64,000 nt of DNA from Macrostomum hystrix (GCA_950097015.1 CATNEN010000031.1:2852001-2916000); one strand, 5' to 3'; positions 1 to 11,524 are shown, counted from the first letter of the stretch. A program made the numbers and translations. Notes: generated by a model not told the origin, from the sequence alone.

Positions 1-2459
1 TGGGACTACTACAGGGATTCTAGTAGGGACTGCTACAGGGATTCTAGTTGGGACTGCTACAGGGATTCTAGTTGGGACTGCTACAGCGATTCTAGTGGGG
101 ACTGTTACAGCGATTCTAGTGGGGACTGATAAAGGGATTCTAGTAGGGACTGCTACAGGGATTCTAGTTGGGACTGCTAAAGGGATTCTAGTTGGGACTG
201 CTACAGGGATTCTAGTTGGGACTGCTACAGCGATTCTAGTGGGGACTGCTACAGGGATTCTAGTAGGAACTGCTACAGGGATTCTAGTGGGGACTGCTAC
301 AGGGATTCTAGAGGGGACTGATAAATGGATTCTATTAGGGACTGCTAAAGGGATTCTAGTAGGGACTGTTTAAGGGATTCTAGTAGAGACTGATAAAGGG
401 ATTCTAGTAGAGACTGATAAAGGGATTCTAGTAGGGACTGCTACAGGGATTCTAGTAGGGGCTGCTGCAGCGATTCTAGTAGGGACTGCTACAGGGATTC
501 TAGTAGGGATTGATAAAGGGATTCTAGTAGGGACTGCTACAGGGATTCTAGTTGGGACTGCTACAGGGATTCTAGTTGGGACTGCTACATGGATTCTAGT
601 AGGGACTGCTACAGGGATTCTAGTTGGGACTGCTACAGGGATTCTAGTAGGGACTGCTACAGGGATTCTATTAGGGACTGCTACAGGGATTCTAGTTGGG
701 ACTGCTACAGCGATTCTAGTGGGGACTACTACAGGGATTCTAGTGGGGACTGATAAAGGGATTCTAGTAGGGACTGATAAAGGGATTCTAGTAGGGACTG
801 ATAAAGGGATTCTAGTAGGGACTGCTACAGGGATTCTAGTTGGGACTGCTACAGGGATTCTAGTAGGGACTGATAGAGGGATTCTAGTAGGGACTGATAA
901 AGGGATTCTAGTAGGGACTGATAAAGGGATTCTAGTAGGGACTGTTAAAGGGATTCTAGTAGGGACTGCTACAGGGATTCTAGTAGGGACTGTTAAAGGG
1001 ATTCTAGTAGGGACTGATAAAGGGATTCTAGTAGGGACTGCTACAGGGATTCTAGTTGGGACTGCTACAGGGATTCTAGTAGGAACTGATAAAGGGATTC
1101 TAGTGGGGACTGTTACAGGGATTCTAGTTGGGACTGCTACAGGGATTCTAGTAGGGACTGCTACAGGGATTCTAGTAGGGACTGTTAAAGGGATTCTAGT
1201 TGGGACTGCTACAGGGATTCTAGTAGGGACTGCTACAGGGATTCTAGTAGGGACTGCTACAGGGATTCTAGTAGGGACTGCTGCAGCGATTCTAGTAGGG
1301 ACTGCTACAGGGATTCTAGTAGGGATTGATAAAGGGATTCTAGTAGGGACTGCTACAGGGATTCTAGTAGGGACTGCAACAGGGATTCTAGTAGGGGCTG
1401 CTGCAGCGATTCTAGTAGGGACTGATAAAGGGATTCTAGTAGGGACTGATAAAGGGATTCTAGTAGGGACTGCTACAGGGATTCTAGTAGGGACTGCTAC
1501 AGGGATTCTAGTAGGGACTGATAAAGGGATTCTAGTTGGGACTGCTACATGGATTCTAGTAGGGACTGCTACAGGGATTCTAGTGGGGACTACTACAGGG
1601 ATTCTAGTGGGGACTGATAAAGGGATTCTAGTAGGGACTGTTAAAGGGATTCTAGTAGGGACTGCTACAGGGATTCTAGTAGGGACTGCTACAGGGATTC
1701 TAGTAGGGACTGCTACAGGGATTCTAGTAGGGATTGATAAAGGGATTCTAGTAGGGACTGCTACAGGGATTCTAGTAGGGACTGCTACAGGGATTCTAGT
1801 AGGGGCTGCTGCAGCGATTCTAGTAGGGACTGATAAAGGGATTCTAGTAGGGACTGATAAAGGGATTCTAGTTGGGACTGCTACATGGATTCTAGTAGGG
1901 ACTGCTACAGGGATTCTAGTAGGGACTGCTACAGGGATTCTAGTTGGGACTGCTACAGCGATTCTAGTGGGGACTACTACAAGGATTCTAGTGGGGACTG
2001 ATAAAGGGATTCTAGTAGGGACTGTTAAAGGGATTCTAGTAGGGACTGATAAAGGGATTCTAGAAGGGACTGCTACAGATGTTCTAGTAGTGACTGCTAC
2101 AGGGATTCTAGTAGGGACTGTTACAGGGATTCTAGTAGGGACTGCTACAGGGATTCTAGTAGGGACTGCTACAGGGATTCTAGTAGGGACTGCTACAGGG
2201 ATTCTAGTAGGGACTGCTACAGGGATTCTAGTAGGAACTGAAAAAGGGATTCTAGTGGGGACTGTTAAAGGGATTCTAGTAGGGACTGATAAAGGGATTC
2301 TAGTGGGGACTGTTAAAGGGATTCTAGTAGGGACTGATAAAGGGATTCTAGTAGGGACTGCTACAGGGATTCTAGTGGGGACTGTTGCATGGATTCTAGT
2401 GGGGACTGCTACAGGGATTCTAGTTGGGACTGCTACAGAAGTTCTATTTGGGACTACTA
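1..2459. repeat. 24-bp minisatellite (GGGACTGCTACAGGGATTCTAGTA and variants), ~100 copies, truncated by window start
   Basis: Direct 24-bp periodicity. Variant units GATAAA, GTTAAA and GCTGCAGCG recur in blocks. Confidence 0.97.
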
Positions 2460-2504
2460 TACTAATAGTAATAATAATTGCAGGACGGCTATGGGCAATG
2501 GCCC

Positions 2505-2765
2505 ATTATTTGGCGACACTAGACCCACAGCCAGCGAGGAGGCAATTCTGCCCGTTTCGCTGACTCCTGAGCATAAACTCACACAGGTGTGTACATCTGC
2601 ACTGACTGTCTCATCGTCAAGCTGTGACACTTCACTGTGCCTTGGAGGTTGGCCCTCAAATGCGTAAATTGCACTACAAGCCCCAAGCCTTCTCTTTGCG
2701 GCTGCGGCCCAAATTAATGTTTGCTTTGCTGCGGAATCGAGCTCAGGGAACTTGTTGCGAGAGGC
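2505..2765. repeat. Dispersed repeat of unknown class, copy 1
   Basis: Colinear with 62892-63180, sharing CAGCGAGGAGGCAATTCTGC, CACACAGGTGTGTACATCT, CCTTGGAGGTTGGCCCTCAA and GGAATCGAGCT. Confidence 0.8.
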
Positions 2766-3481
2766 AATCACGTTGGACCACTCTGCCACTCCGTAAGGTG
2801 CGAAATAGATTTTCACAATAATTTCACTCTATTTCTCCCTTTTGGGAAGTTTCTAAGATTCTCCCTGGAATCTTCCTTGGTGAAGCACTCCATCTGGGGT
2901 TTGAGAACCACAGACTGCACATTCAGGCTGATGGCTGATGGCCTTAGCTGCTTTGAATTCTGTTTCCCGCCCACTAGCATGTTTGGCCAATGCTATCAAT
3001 AATAGCTGCTAACTTTGGCGTGGGCAGAACTGAGGTGTTGCTTTGACAGGATTAAATATTCATTGAATCATTCACTAAGACAGAATTAAAGAAAAATATG
3101 TGCTAATCGCTGCCAGCTGCCTCTACTAAGCCAATCGCAATCATCTATGGTGTGCATGGCAATGTCAAGCCTTGCTTACTTCGCAAAATAAATAGTATAT
3201 GACATTAAATCCCTGCGAAGGTCTTTTCCGGGATGTATTTTTACCATAGACACAAAACAACGAGCTAGAATTTGTATTTTTTCGAGTTGTATATTTTATA
3301 TTTCATTCTGGATGACAAAAAACGAGATTATGAATCTCGAGAATCTTATAACTGGAAAACGAAAATTTGCAGGTCTTATTGGTGGGCAACAAGGTAGCTT
3401 AGTTTACTTATGTTAGTTTGTTTCGACTTAAGGTAGATCAGTTCTTTGTTATTAACAGTTGGGTTCATCGCATGCATGTAA

Positions 3482-4801
3482 TCAATTTTTTATTATGACT
3501 GAGCAGTTATTAAAACTGAAATTCAGCTGACGCTCACCGCGGACGCTAGCTGCGTCTGTCTCAGCCTCGCGTAGTATTTTAGTGTCCAATACAGCGCAGA
3601 AATTGGCGATTTGAATGTCGGACGTCCGCTTGTACGTGCGGACTCCAGCCAAACTTCGGTGACCTGTTCGTTCCATTATTTGCTGTTCTTCAACGCCAGC
3701 TTGGTAAAGACGTGTAGCACATGTAGCGCGTAGACTATGATTAGTCTTGTGGCCAGAAATCTCGGCTTCAGTGCACATTTCATGCAGAAACTTTGTCAGG
3801 ATGTTTTTGCCAATTGGACGATTCGAGTACCATTGCTTCTCCGATGGTTGCTTCAGCGGCAGAAGGTAAAATCTATTACTCTGGCTAGGCCTGACTTTCT
3901 TAAAAAGCTCGAAAAGCCGAACATGACAACGTTCCGGATTGGCTGCATTGGCGAAGTGAAGAACTTCCTTTGGTTTGAAGCGAGTGTCGCGCAATCCACC
4001 AGCATTCGTCTTCGTGGCCATCTCTTTGTAAACAATACATTTCTGTCCCTCTCGCTCTTGCACACTGAATTGCGAAATGCACAGGGCACTATGTTCCTCA
4101 CCGCCACGTAGAGCAAAATGCAAGCCGTTAAGATAAAACAAAGCTCTGATCAGACTCGTAGGATCTTTGTCGCCTAACACTTTCTCCCAAAGTTTCTCCT
4201 CATCTTCATAGCCAACAACTTCAGCAGATTTCCTGGCTAGTCCTAAGCCATTTCTTATCCCAATCTTCATGGCGGCGTCCAGACTTTCACGCACAATGCT
4301 GAATCGCTCATTGCGAAATAAATCAACTTTACGCACCTTGCAGATAGTTTGTTGCAGACCAGCAACAATTGACACGAGTGTGTTTGGCGGATATTGAGTC
4401 CCATCGGCACGGGTAACTTCATGAATGAAAACAGGAAGGAATTCGTTTAGCTCATCATCGCTAAGTTCTTGCACAGCACGAATAGAATCGTTGGAACGGC
4501 CAGAGCGCCACCTATCAAAGACGCCAGCGGACCACTTGTTCCGATTGGCGGTATTGGCAGGCTTTGTCGACTCATTAACTGATCGAACCATATCGAGAGT
4601 CAAGTCCTTGGGCAGCGTTGATGGACCAGGTTCTTCACGCGACGACCGCACCTCTTGCAATGCGTAAGGGTTTCGCAAATCTTCACCAGCGTCCAGCAGT
4701 AGGTCTAAATCGTCCATCGTAAGCTTATTTGGATCATAGTCTCCGACATATTCTTTAGAATAATCAACTAACGGGTTTAAAATAAGTCTTCGTTCTGCCA
4801 T
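3482..4801 (-). CDS. Crypton-like tyrosine recombinase (DUF3504 / ZMYM-KCTD1-QRICH1-related YR), 439 aa, intact
   Basis: Catalytic R-H-R-H-Y set present: ALRGGEEH, TNHSLRAT, TGHRS, VRTYKR. N-terminal TKPANT..NKW and GTQYPPNTL motifs are typical of animal Cryptons. Confidence 0.9.
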   Translation of the reverse strand: MAERRLILNPLVDYSKEYVGDYDPNKLTMDDLDLLLDAGEDLRNPYALQEVRSSREEPGPSTLPKDLTLDMVRSVNESTKPANTANRNKWSAGVFDRWRSGRSNDSIRAVQELSDDELNEFLPVFIHEVTRADGTQYPPNTLVSIVAGLQQTICKVRKVDLFRNERFSIVRESLDAAMKIGIRNGLGLARKSAEVVGYEDEEKLWEKVLGDKDPTSLIRALFYLNGLHFALRGGEEHSALCISQFSVQEREGQKCIVYKEMATKTNAGGLRDTRFKPKEVLHFANAANPERCHVRLFELFKKVRPSQSNRFYLLPLKQPSEKQWYSNRPIGKNILTKFLHEMCTEAEISGHKTNHSLRATCATRLYQAGVEEQQIMERTGHRSLAGVRTYKRTSDIQIANFCAVLDTKILREAETDAASVRGERQLNFSFNNCSVIIKN

Positions 4802-5054
4802 TAGTTAAGGGATGTAAACTGTAGTGTAACTTTTAAGTACAAGTTAAATTTGTTTCAGTTAGGCTTTGCTGCTATTTATCTGTCTTATGTCTGTCTTTAT
4901 AAAATACTAGCTTTTTTTGCCCGTTGTTTTTGGGGCAGAAATTTAAAGCAAAGCAGTAAGCAATTCACGTCTCTGTATTAACTTTATAGTGAAGGTCACC
5001 ATTTATTTATTTACTGCATGAATGAAAAGTGAAGAGTTTGTTTAAGGGCGTACT

Positions 5055-7560
5055 GGCTCTGACAGCCAGTCAACGTCAGCATATCGAACCATCAGGTTCG
5101 GGTAAACTTTTGCCTTGAGCTCCTGCACTGACTGCACAATGGTTCCGATTGTAGCGATCGATGACTGCCCATTCTCTGTGCTAATCTCCAGCAGACCATT
5201 GCCGATTCGCAATAGATTGGCAGAGAACTCATGAGCTGTTTCGTCTCCTTGAATTGTAGCTCTCATGTTTGTTCGTAGGTGCAACTTCACAACCGATGGC
5301 CACAGGTGAGATGATTTTAGGAAAGCATTAATCTCATCAGCAGGAGTGCCTCGCGGAATCACAGGCAGCGTCTGTCTAAAGTCTCCAGACAGCAGCAGAG
5401 TGACACCACCCATCAGTTGATTGCTATTGCGCAGGTCTTTCAAAGTTAAGCTGAGTGCTTCAAATGCCAGTTTGTGGGACATGGTACACTCATCCCAGAC
5501 GATAAGCTTGCAAGCCTGAAGCACTCTGGCAGTGCCTGTGTTTTTCTTGATGTTGCACAGCGGATTCTCCGCTCAAGACAGATCAAGCGGCAACTTCAGT
5601 GCTGAGTGGGCAGTGCGACCGCCTGGCAGCAAGGTGGCTGTAATTCCAGAGGAAGCTACAGCAATGGCAACGTCGCCTCGTTGCCTGACCTTTGCCAGAA
5701 GGAGGTTGATTAGAAATTTTTTTCCTGTGCCACCTGGAGCATCAAGAAAAACCATGCCACCAACGTTGTTGTTGACTCTGCGCAATAGCTCGCGGTACGC
5801 CTCTAGCTGCTCAGGCATGAGTCGGGGCTCATTCTCCTCTATGAACTGTCCCAGCTGCTCCTGGTCATCCAGCTCTTCCAGCAGTCCCAGTCGCTGACAT
5901 GCTTCATGAAAAGTTTGGCAGGTATGGCCTTCCACCGTTCTAATGTGTCTAAATGACGTCGGACCAATCACGGTGTGTAGCAGGTAGTAGCATTCACTGT
6001 GGTTTGGGTGCACCGTGTACTCTGGCTAATGCATCAGTCTGTCGTATTTCAGGATGGCCCGGAACTGCAGCGCCTTGAACCCGCCGCTTCCATCCTTTCG
6101 AAGAGGCGTTCCATGTGTAATAGGCAGGCACCTGGTGGTACAGCAAAGTCCTGGCAAAGGGGTCTTCAGCGCACAACTTAAAGAAAGCAGTAAGAGTAGT
6201 GTCCTGTGGCCTTTGAGCACGCTGCTGGATGTTCTCCTCCGTAAAGTATACTCTCTGACCGTTTTCCAGGTGCACACTGAGGTGCATGACAGTTGGGTGG
6301 CGTTCATGAATAGAGAATCCGAAGATTCGCCACATTGCCTCGTTAGAGCTGATATAGGGATGCCAACCGGTTTTTAAACCGGTTTAAAAAACCGGTTTTT
6401 AGCAGGAAAACCGGTTCTAAAAAACCCGGTTTTTTTGTCCGTTTTTGACGGTTTTTAATGGTTTTTTATTTTAATTATGTCTCACAGAGTCACAATTTTT
6501 GCACTTTTAAGACAAAATAACTGGTAACAAAATTTGCTTCGTGGTGGCAGCGCTACTAAGTCCTTTCAAATTGAACATTAAACTTAAAATTAAATCTAAG
6601 TTGAACTTGATGTATAAATCTAAATTGGGGCCTAATCTAAAACTATCTAAGTCTAAACCTAAAAACATCAAGGGTTCGCCGTTTCTAATCTAACCATCCC
6701 AGGGTACCGCCATTTCGAGACTGTGACCAGTTTACCTTGGCCAAAATCATCAAATTAATCAATCATTGCTACCAGTGCATCATTAAGTTTAAAGTAATCT
6801 AATTATTCAGCAAAATTAAGAGTTCGCGAATTAGTTACGAACTGATCCGAACTAAATCTCTATTTATATTAAGTTCGCATTGGGTCTTTATTTTAGTTCG
6901 CATTTAGTTCGCATTGGCTACGGAACGATTCCGAAGAAAGTCCACGGAAAATTTGAATTGGCGCGATATTCAATTTCTGCGAAACCTAACTATAACTAAT
7001 TTAAAATTAATAATTCCAAGAAGCTTTTATTTTTATTAATCGGCACGCACACCTTTAACAAATTCACGATTGTATATAAGTTCTATCTTCTATGCTTATT
7101 TAGTGCTTTTTAAAAACTTGGCACACAAACCGGTTTTTAAAGACCGGTTTTCTTATAAAAGGCGGTTTTCAAACCGGTTAACCGGTTCTCAAAAAGGGCC
7201 GGTTTTTGGCATCTCTAAGCTGATACCTTCCGCTCTTGAAGCGATTGACTTCGTCAAATTCGTTTACTATGCCTCCAGGTCCCTCAATGTTGAACACTGC
7301 TTGGTCGCTACCCTTGTTCACGTACTTGCAAATGTACTTGATTGATTTAACAGAGTTGCAGTACTCAACGTTGATGTGTGGATTGAACACCTTGGACAGT
7401 AGCGGGCAGTAGGGAACGACCCATCTGTTGTCCAGATCGATCTCTTCATTCCCATGGCTGCATAGAATAATGCGAGTGGTAAAGCCGCCATCCTCACGTG
7501 ATCTCCGTCGATACAGCGGATAACCGTCTTGTATTTTAGCAAAGCACTGTACGCCAGCCT
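5055..7560 (-). pseudogene. Helitron RepHel fragments (Rep C-terminal region and PIF1 helicase N-half), frameshifted
   Basis: Motifs DGYPLYRRR, DNRWVVPY, HINVEYC, KYICKYVNKGSD, GRY/ISSNEAMWRIF (split by a MITE), HLENGQRVYF, LDAPGGTGK (Walker A), GRTAHS, WDECTM and GDFRQTLPV. Confidence 0.92.
6355..7217. mobile_element. hAT-family MITE inserted in the Helitron RepHel ORF
   Basis: TIRs TAGGGATGCCAA / TTGGCATCTCTA. 8-bp TSD AGCTGATA at 6347-6354 and 7218-7225. Subterminal AACCGGTT arrays at both ends. Removal restores GRYISSNEA. Confidence 0.93.
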
Positions 7561-8294
7561 CTCTCTTTCTTCTATCCCAGGCTGGCTGGAGAGAAATATT
7601 GACCGGAGAGCCCTGCGCACTGGGACGCCACCGCACTCACCGCACTCAGTCTCAGTGCTGCTTGGGGGCCAGTAGACAGTCTAGGGGTTTGGGCTGTGTA
7701 CATTCACGGCTTGAAATACAATGTACAGTCTGGGGCTTCGGCGCCCGGGGAAGGGAGGGGGTGGCTGTAATAAAATTTGGCCCGCAGAGTGGCGGAGGGG
7801 AGTTGGGGTGGCTGTCCTCGGAAAACAAAAAGTGACTCACTTTGAGATGATGCAGCTTTGCTCTGGATTGAGTAGAGATGTTCAAAATTGACAGCATTGT
7901 TGGAAAACATGTAAAGTGTAAGTGGATCAAATTTGGAGAAAATCTGACAAATTGGGGCGACGATATGTCGAATTGAGTGATTTTTTTACGATTTTTGAGC
8001 AGTTTTTTGCACTTTTGAGCAGGAAGGAAATGATTTTTCGGGAATTTGAGTAGCCTATTGCACTCAGCGTAGGTGGTTTTAGGTATGTGCAAAGTTTGGT
8101 GCGATTTGGTTGAGCGGTTTCGGCGTCTATAAAGACAAAAGGTTGCACACACACACACACACACACACAGACAGACAGACAGACAGAGTTTTCACTTTTA
8201 TATATATAGATGTCTATGGTATAGAATGTGGAGGCTTCGCCCCCACACCCCCAATACAGTATTGAAGTGTATGGCCAATTTGCGGGTTGTAATT

Positions 8295-8420
8295 AAATAC
8301 AACCCGGAGATTTCTTACTGATTGTTACATAAATTTGCGGGTTGTATTTTTAGCGCATGAATTTAAGTGATTTAAGCCCCGAGGGCCGAAGGCCCGAGGG
8401 GTTTAAGAAAAATACATCCC
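8295..8420. repeat. Hairpin-rich terminus (CCCCGAGGGCCGAAGGCCCGAGGGG), Crypton-like non-autonomous end
   Basis: Near-perfect hairpin at about 8377-8402. AAAAATACATCCC (8408-8420) is the reverse complement of GGGATGTATTTTT (3230-3242). Confidence 0.45.
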
Positions 8421-8560
8421 TAAACTCTATGTATTATCTTCTACATAAATTATTTCATAAACATGACTGCCCATAGACTAGAGGCTGTGCAGAAGCACTG
8501 GGCCGTTGATTTGCATTCATCACTTAGAAGAGACATTTTTTATGTCGTGACATCAAATGA

Positions 8561-8860
8561 GATTCGATTAGATTAGATGAGACAAGATTAGTTGAGATTA
8601 GATGAGACAACATTAGATGAGATAAGATGAGAATAGATTAGGTGAAATTAGACTAGATTAGATTAGATTAGATTAGATTAGATTTGATGAGATTAGATTA
8701 GATTAGATTAGATTTGATGAGATGAGATGATTTGAGATGAGATGAGATGAGATGAGATTAAATGAGATTAAATGAGATAAGATTAGATGAGATGAGATGA
8801 TATGAGATGATTTGAGATGAGATGAGATGAGATGAGAAGAGATGAGATGAGATGAGATGC
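8561..8860. repeat. (AGATT/AGATG)n pentanucleotide microsatellite
   Basis: Direct periodicity. Confidence 0.95.
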
Positions 8861-9571
8861 ATGATTAGAGATTCCTGATGAAGTTGAGATGAGAAAGAGA
8901 CATTTGATGTCATTACGGCATGCGGTTGCTTGGTCTTGCCTTTCACAGAAGCATTGTCTTAAATTCCCACTCAAATCAGTAGGTACATGCGCAGCAATGT
9001 GCACTTTTAGACTTGATTTTTGTTGTTGATCTTCTACTAAAGTTGATTAAAAAAGGTTTTCCTGTGCAATCCTCTATGCTAAGCTACTCAGAACTGCACG
9101 AGTATGTTATCGCTGTAGGTGAAATGAAAAATGAGTTTTGGTGTCAAATTTTCAGCATGCAGCTTTATATAGTCTCTGTTTTTCAACCGGCTTTCTTAAA
9201 CGCAGAAAACTCATTCTGAATTGTAGTTCCTAGCGAGAAACTCAGTATAATATCCTAAAAAAGCACAAGATGAACACAAGATGATAAACAGGGGCCCAGA
9301 AGTATTCAGAAGGATAATAATAATGCAACAGAATGAGAAGATAGAGAAGGATAGTCATTCAGGATGAGAAGGATTCAGCACTTGAGTGGGAGACATTGCA
9401 TGGTATGAGAATTAATACGCTCATACTCTAAGCAACAAGATGTTAGAGTGCACAGTTATGCACATTGTATCACTATTTGACGATCATTATTTGTAGTTTT
9501 TATGCGTTACAATTCATTGTTTGTTTGCCATTCGGCATTGAACCTAGATGAGAAGAGGTATGAATACACTC

Positions 9572-10154
9572 TACCATAGACATCAAAGTTTTCTTCAAGT
9601 TTTCTTCACACCCCCCTGCTATGAGCGTCTCACTTTTCTATGCCACAGACAGTTCATACGATTTGATCGTCCAATAGCAATACAATGAAAAGAAACAGCG
9701 GCCCCAGTGCGTGACAACGATTGTTATTTGCTCGCGCCTACCAGCCTACCAGCAAAACAATCGTTGTCACGCACTCGGGCCGCTGTTTATTTACTCATTA
9801 TACTCAAGAACTTTGCAAAAGTGCGTAGGTTTAGTCTGTGGTAACTATGGTTTGAAAGCTTAAGATTAGTCAACACAGATACTCTAAAAAATGCCGAAGT
9901 AATAAATGTCAAACCTTTAGCTCTACTATTTCATTTACTATAGCTTTTTGCGTTCAATTTTGGACAGCGGGCTTTGAATTTCGGCAAGGGTCTATGTGTC
10001 AGTCTCCCATCCCCTCCCATTGGTGTCTATGGCCAGAAAATGCACAGTGGGGCTTTCAAATTCGACAGCGGGCAAACAATTTCGGCATGCAACCGGATTG
10101 ACTGGAGCTTCTTTCTTACTGGCAATCCTCAGCTCGTGGCAGCTGTCTATGGTA
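9572..10154. mobile_element. Non-autonomous element with the same termini as the YR element (583 bp)
   Basis: TACCATAGACA at 9572-9582 and TGTCTATGGTA at 10144-10154. Internal ~33-bp inverted repeat. No convincing ORF. Confidence 0.7.
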
Positions 10155-10199
10155 CTATCATTTACTATAATAGATGCCAATTATCAAAATTTGCGATAA

Positions 10200-11100
10200 A
10201 AAGGTCTTCTATTGCGGCGAACAACTACATGAGTTCGCGGAGCGCTAACCTTATTTCCGACCCAGCCGATGTAAATTGTGTTCTCAGTCAAGATCGATTT
10301 GACTCAGAAAATTACCAAAGCAAAATAAAAAAAGTAAAACCAAGAATGCCGACGCCGAAAACGTGAAGTATGTTGACTGTAAACGCAAGGATGTGGACGG
10401 TAAAAACACTCGAGGCTCTCTGATAAATGGAAAGAAATACTACAAGATACTGAAGACAGAAGAGGCAAAGATGTGGATGGAAAAGGCACTCGAGGCTCTA
10501 ATAATACACGGAAAGAAACACTACAAGATACTGAAGACAGAAAAGACAAGGATGTGGACGGAAAAGGCACTCGAGGCTCTAATAATAAACGGAAAGAAAC
10601 ACTACAAGATACTGAAGACAGAAAAGACAAGGATGTGGACGGAAAAGGCACTCGAGGCTCTAATAATCAACGGAAAGAAACACCACAAGATACTGAAGAC
10701 AGAAGCGGCAAAGATGAGGATGGTAAAGGCACTCGAGGCTAGCTCTCGTGCAAATAAAACATCAGCATATGCAGGAAAGGGGGTCATAAAAGCTGTGGAC
10801 CGAAAAAATCCACTGGCTCTCAGAGCCGAAAAGAAGCTGCCCAATATTTCGAAGACGAATCTGATGATGATGATGATGATGATGATGGTGGTGATGATGA
10901 TGAAGATGATGATGGTGATAGTGATGAAGATAAAGATGAAGAATGGAGATAAAGATGAAATAGGAAGGCAAAAATCTGCTCAGCTTCTAGCAATGTGGCT
11001 CGGGTTGCTTTAAAGTGGAAATCGATGATGGTCGTCAAGTGCTGAAGATATTGGAGGTTGCGAAGTCACTGAAGGCAAAGACGTCAAGTTAAAAAGACGC
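10200..11100 (+). pseudogene. Decayed charged low-complexity coding remnant with an 81-bp tandem repeat and a (GAT)n poly-Asp tract
   Basis: About 4.4 copies of DGKGTRGSNNKRKETLQDTEDRKDKDV and an EDESDDDD tract in the same frame, interrupted by stops. Possibly a transposase tail. Confidence 0.3.
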
Positions 11101-11524
11101 AAATTTTACTGAAGTGTGGGGCCCTTGTAAATGCCATGTGTTGGCGCCGCCATTAATTGATGTTTGCATAAGCTGAGAAGTGAGACAATTAGTTTTGCTT
11201 TGATTCTGTTATAAATTTTACAAAATTTAATTTTATTTTAAACTTCAACCTGTTGCAAATTTTGCTGTACTCATGCCAAGTGCACGTTTAAATAAATGGT
11301 GTGTTGAGCAATAATACTACATGACCAATGCGGATGGTCATTCAGAATGAATGCAGAAATAAGGCACAGGGTGCCATTTGGCAAACAGCTTGCTTTATGG
11401 TCGAGTAAGTCATTTAATGGCATCCTCAAATTCTTATGTTTTGTAGGGGCCGCCGGATAATTGCAATCCCGTATCCCGATATTTTATTAATTTTCCTGGC
11501 ATTAGCAATGCCCAGCTTATTCAA

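Larger units (their letters stand above)
4907..8210 (-). mobile_element. Internally deleted Helitron, copy 1
   Basis: Minus-strand 5' end TCTATATATATAAAAG at 8210. The 3' hairpin TGCCC-N10-GGGCA is followed by CTAG at 4907. Inserted between A and T with no TSD. Contains RepHel fragments. Confidence 0.93.
3242..8221 (-). mobile_element. Crypton-type tyrosine-recombinase DNA transposon (about 1.68 kb once the nested Helitron is removed)
   Basis: TA-CCATAGACA at 3242-3252 and TGTCTATGG-TA at 8211-8221 form a perfect inverted pair around a single YR ORF. A Helitron occupies 4907-8210. Confidence 0.7.

Noticed and set aside
719-2563. 614-aa GTATGILV-repeat ORF
   Set aside because: Read-through of a stop-free frame of a 24-bp minisatellite. 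The same frame is broken by TAA at ~371, and there is no signal peptide or unique domain.
7652-8164. 170-aa ORF repeated at 14651-15091
   Set aside because: Lies in the Helitron 5' non-coding segment, starts in a (TG)n microsatellite and has no domain features. Conservation reflects recent duplication.
8548-8912. 12-bp inverted repeat TGACATCAAATG around the pentamer microsatellite
   Set aside because: No TSD and no other copy in the window, so it cannot be distinguished from chance or a decayed element.
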